Shown one piece after another: positions 62,270 to 64,000 of a stretch of 64,000 nt of DNA. Every line of letters starts with the position of its first letter. Position 1 is the first letter of the stretch. The translations under genes and the position numbers were made by a program. The notes under the pieces are model-generated. The model searched no databases. It worked only from the letters and a program-made list of their open reading frames with translations, and was not told the DNA's origin. The DNA lies in contig OZ024745.1 of NCBI GenBank assembly GCA_964016885.1, positions 111,972,001-112,036,000 on the forward strand. The letters run 5' to 3'. Source of the DNA: Eledone cirrhosa (Eukaryota).

Positions 62270-64000
62270 GCTGGTATTGCGTTTTCGGCCAATGCTATAT
62301 AGAATTTACTGGGGTGGGGTTTCCGAGGCTACAGAAGCCCGATGGGCTGCCTCAGGGTAGGCGAAAGCAGAAAAGGAAGAGGAGAGGGAGTGGAAGGAAG
62401 TGATAAGAAGAGATAAAGGGAAAAAGAAAAGAAGTACATCTACCTATGTATGCTGGGATTTCCCCTATCTTGTTCGGCAAGTGGGGAAAAGAAGGATGTT
62501 GCAGCCATTGTCTACCCACCCGGGTCATGAGGGGGTTTGAGGGCGAGGTAAGTCCTACGCAATTGGTGTTTACATGCAGTTACAAGTTCGTCATTTTTGT
62601 TTAGGAGTTGGTCCTTCGTAAACACCATTTGTATTGTTTCCTCCGAGCATAAGTTTCGCGGACGGCGCCCTCCCGTGTAGGAGTTAGCCCTGGACAGTAA
62701 GCTCCAACTAAGATTGTATGTTATGTTATTATCTTGGAGGTCCCAAATGTGGCTTGAGAGTGTAGTGGCATGTTGCCGGACTGGATTTCAGAACGTATGT
62801 CGGTGTGGTAGAGCCGGGTCTTAAATTCACAAGCGGTTAATCCTATATAGACTTTGTTGGAGTTTTGCGTCCTCACATTGCATTGGTAGATCACATTACA
62901 TTCTTGGCATCTGTTGGTGAGGGGCATGTAGATCTATCAGGGCAGTTACACCTCCTGGTCGGCTCTCCATTAATGTCTAGGTTGTTTCTTCCATAGGAGT
63001 TGAGTTTCTTGTTGTTTGAGGAGGCGATGTTTTGTGCGAAGTTGGGTGTGGTGCTGTAGGAGAGTTTGATAGTGTTTTTGTTGGTTATGTTGTGGTAGCG
63101 GTGTTGTGTCGAGGAGCCTAAAGAAGATTCTCCCGATTGGAGTTGCCACCTCGCCATTGTGGGGAGGGTTGAACCATGTTAAGTGGTGTGAGCGGTGGCG
63201 TCGCCTGCAAGTTCTGCTAAGGGAAGCTGGATAAAAGGAGATTTCCTCCCGAAAGCTGCTTCACTTGAGAGCCTGATTGTAATAAGGCGCATATTCATCG
63301 AATATCTGCTCATTAGCGGACAAACGAGATATGCGAAGGGAGAAGTTTTTAACCAGGTTATTGGTGATGTTTCTAGGATGGTTAGATCGGCGGTGGATGT
63401 AGTGAGGGCTGTCATTTGGTTTCCTGTATGGGTAGTACAGATTATTTTCGAGGTTGAGGGTAACGTTCGGTAAATTGATTCGGGTTAGGGACGTTTGTAG
63501 GGTGATTTTAAATCCCCAGTCCTGAAAGAAGTTGATTAGTTGTTTACGAACCCGTTCTGTACTACTGGGGTTGTACCCTTTGAGGGTAAGGAGCCCATCG
63601 TCTTGGTACAATCCACCGCCAAATGCAGGAAACATTTCGGTGAGTTTATGTAGTAGGAATAATCCTATAAGACCAGTCAACTCAGCTGAGTCGGTTGCAC
63701 CCATACTGATATCGAAGGGGGAGTCAGGAGCTGTCTTTATCCACTTGGAGTTGTCGAAAAGGAGAAATGTCTTCCTGGCATGGAGAATGATGTTTCTTTC
63801 CTGGTTGGTGATGAGTGTGAGTCTTTTGGCAAAGTCCAAAGCGGCCGTAAGGAGCGGTAAGGTAATAGAGGTGTAATAGCTTTCTATGTCGAACTGGATG
63901 AATTTGGTGTCTTGTTTGTCCTCAATATTCCTGAACGCTGAGATCACTTCCTGGGTGCTGACCCAAAGGCTAAGTCTCACGTTTTGCTTAACTTTTGGTA
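62270..64000 (-). mobile_element. Neptune-type Penelope-like element (RT and GIY-YIG endonuclease), frameshifted, runs off the window edge
   Basis: KFIQFDIESYYTSI, DISMGATDSAE, GLYQDDGL, PYRKPND..YIHRRSNHP, IKLSYSTTPN, CNCPDRSTC, VIYQC...VYIGLT. Confidence 0.9.

Overview
AT-rich eukaryotic genomic DNA made almost entirely of repeats, most likely intronic or intergenic. The repeat set (RTE LINEs with (ATG)n tails, tRNA-derived CORE/Meta-like and Nin-domain SINEs, long (TA)n runs) resembles octopod cephalopod DNA; this is an inference. I found no confident host exon. Most short ORFs in the track are microsatellite or antisense artefacts. The coding content is all transposon-derived: three large RTE LINE copies (one with an uninterrupted 680-aa RT ORF carrying a PHD-like finger), a Neptune-type Penelope element at the right edge, two decayed mariners, an L1/Tx1 3' end, and relics of RLE-type (R4/Dong-like, CRE-like) retroelements. 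There are also TTAA-flanked piggyBac-like MITEs, Tc1/mariner MITEs, two minisatellites and two long inverted repeats. The most interesting signal is a dispersed set of short non-coding elements, often next to (TA)n, that carry hammerhead-ribozyme-like motifs. Two have intact cores and several are decayed. One family folds into a near-perfect hammerhead three-way junction that lacks exactly the CUGANGA catalytic loop.
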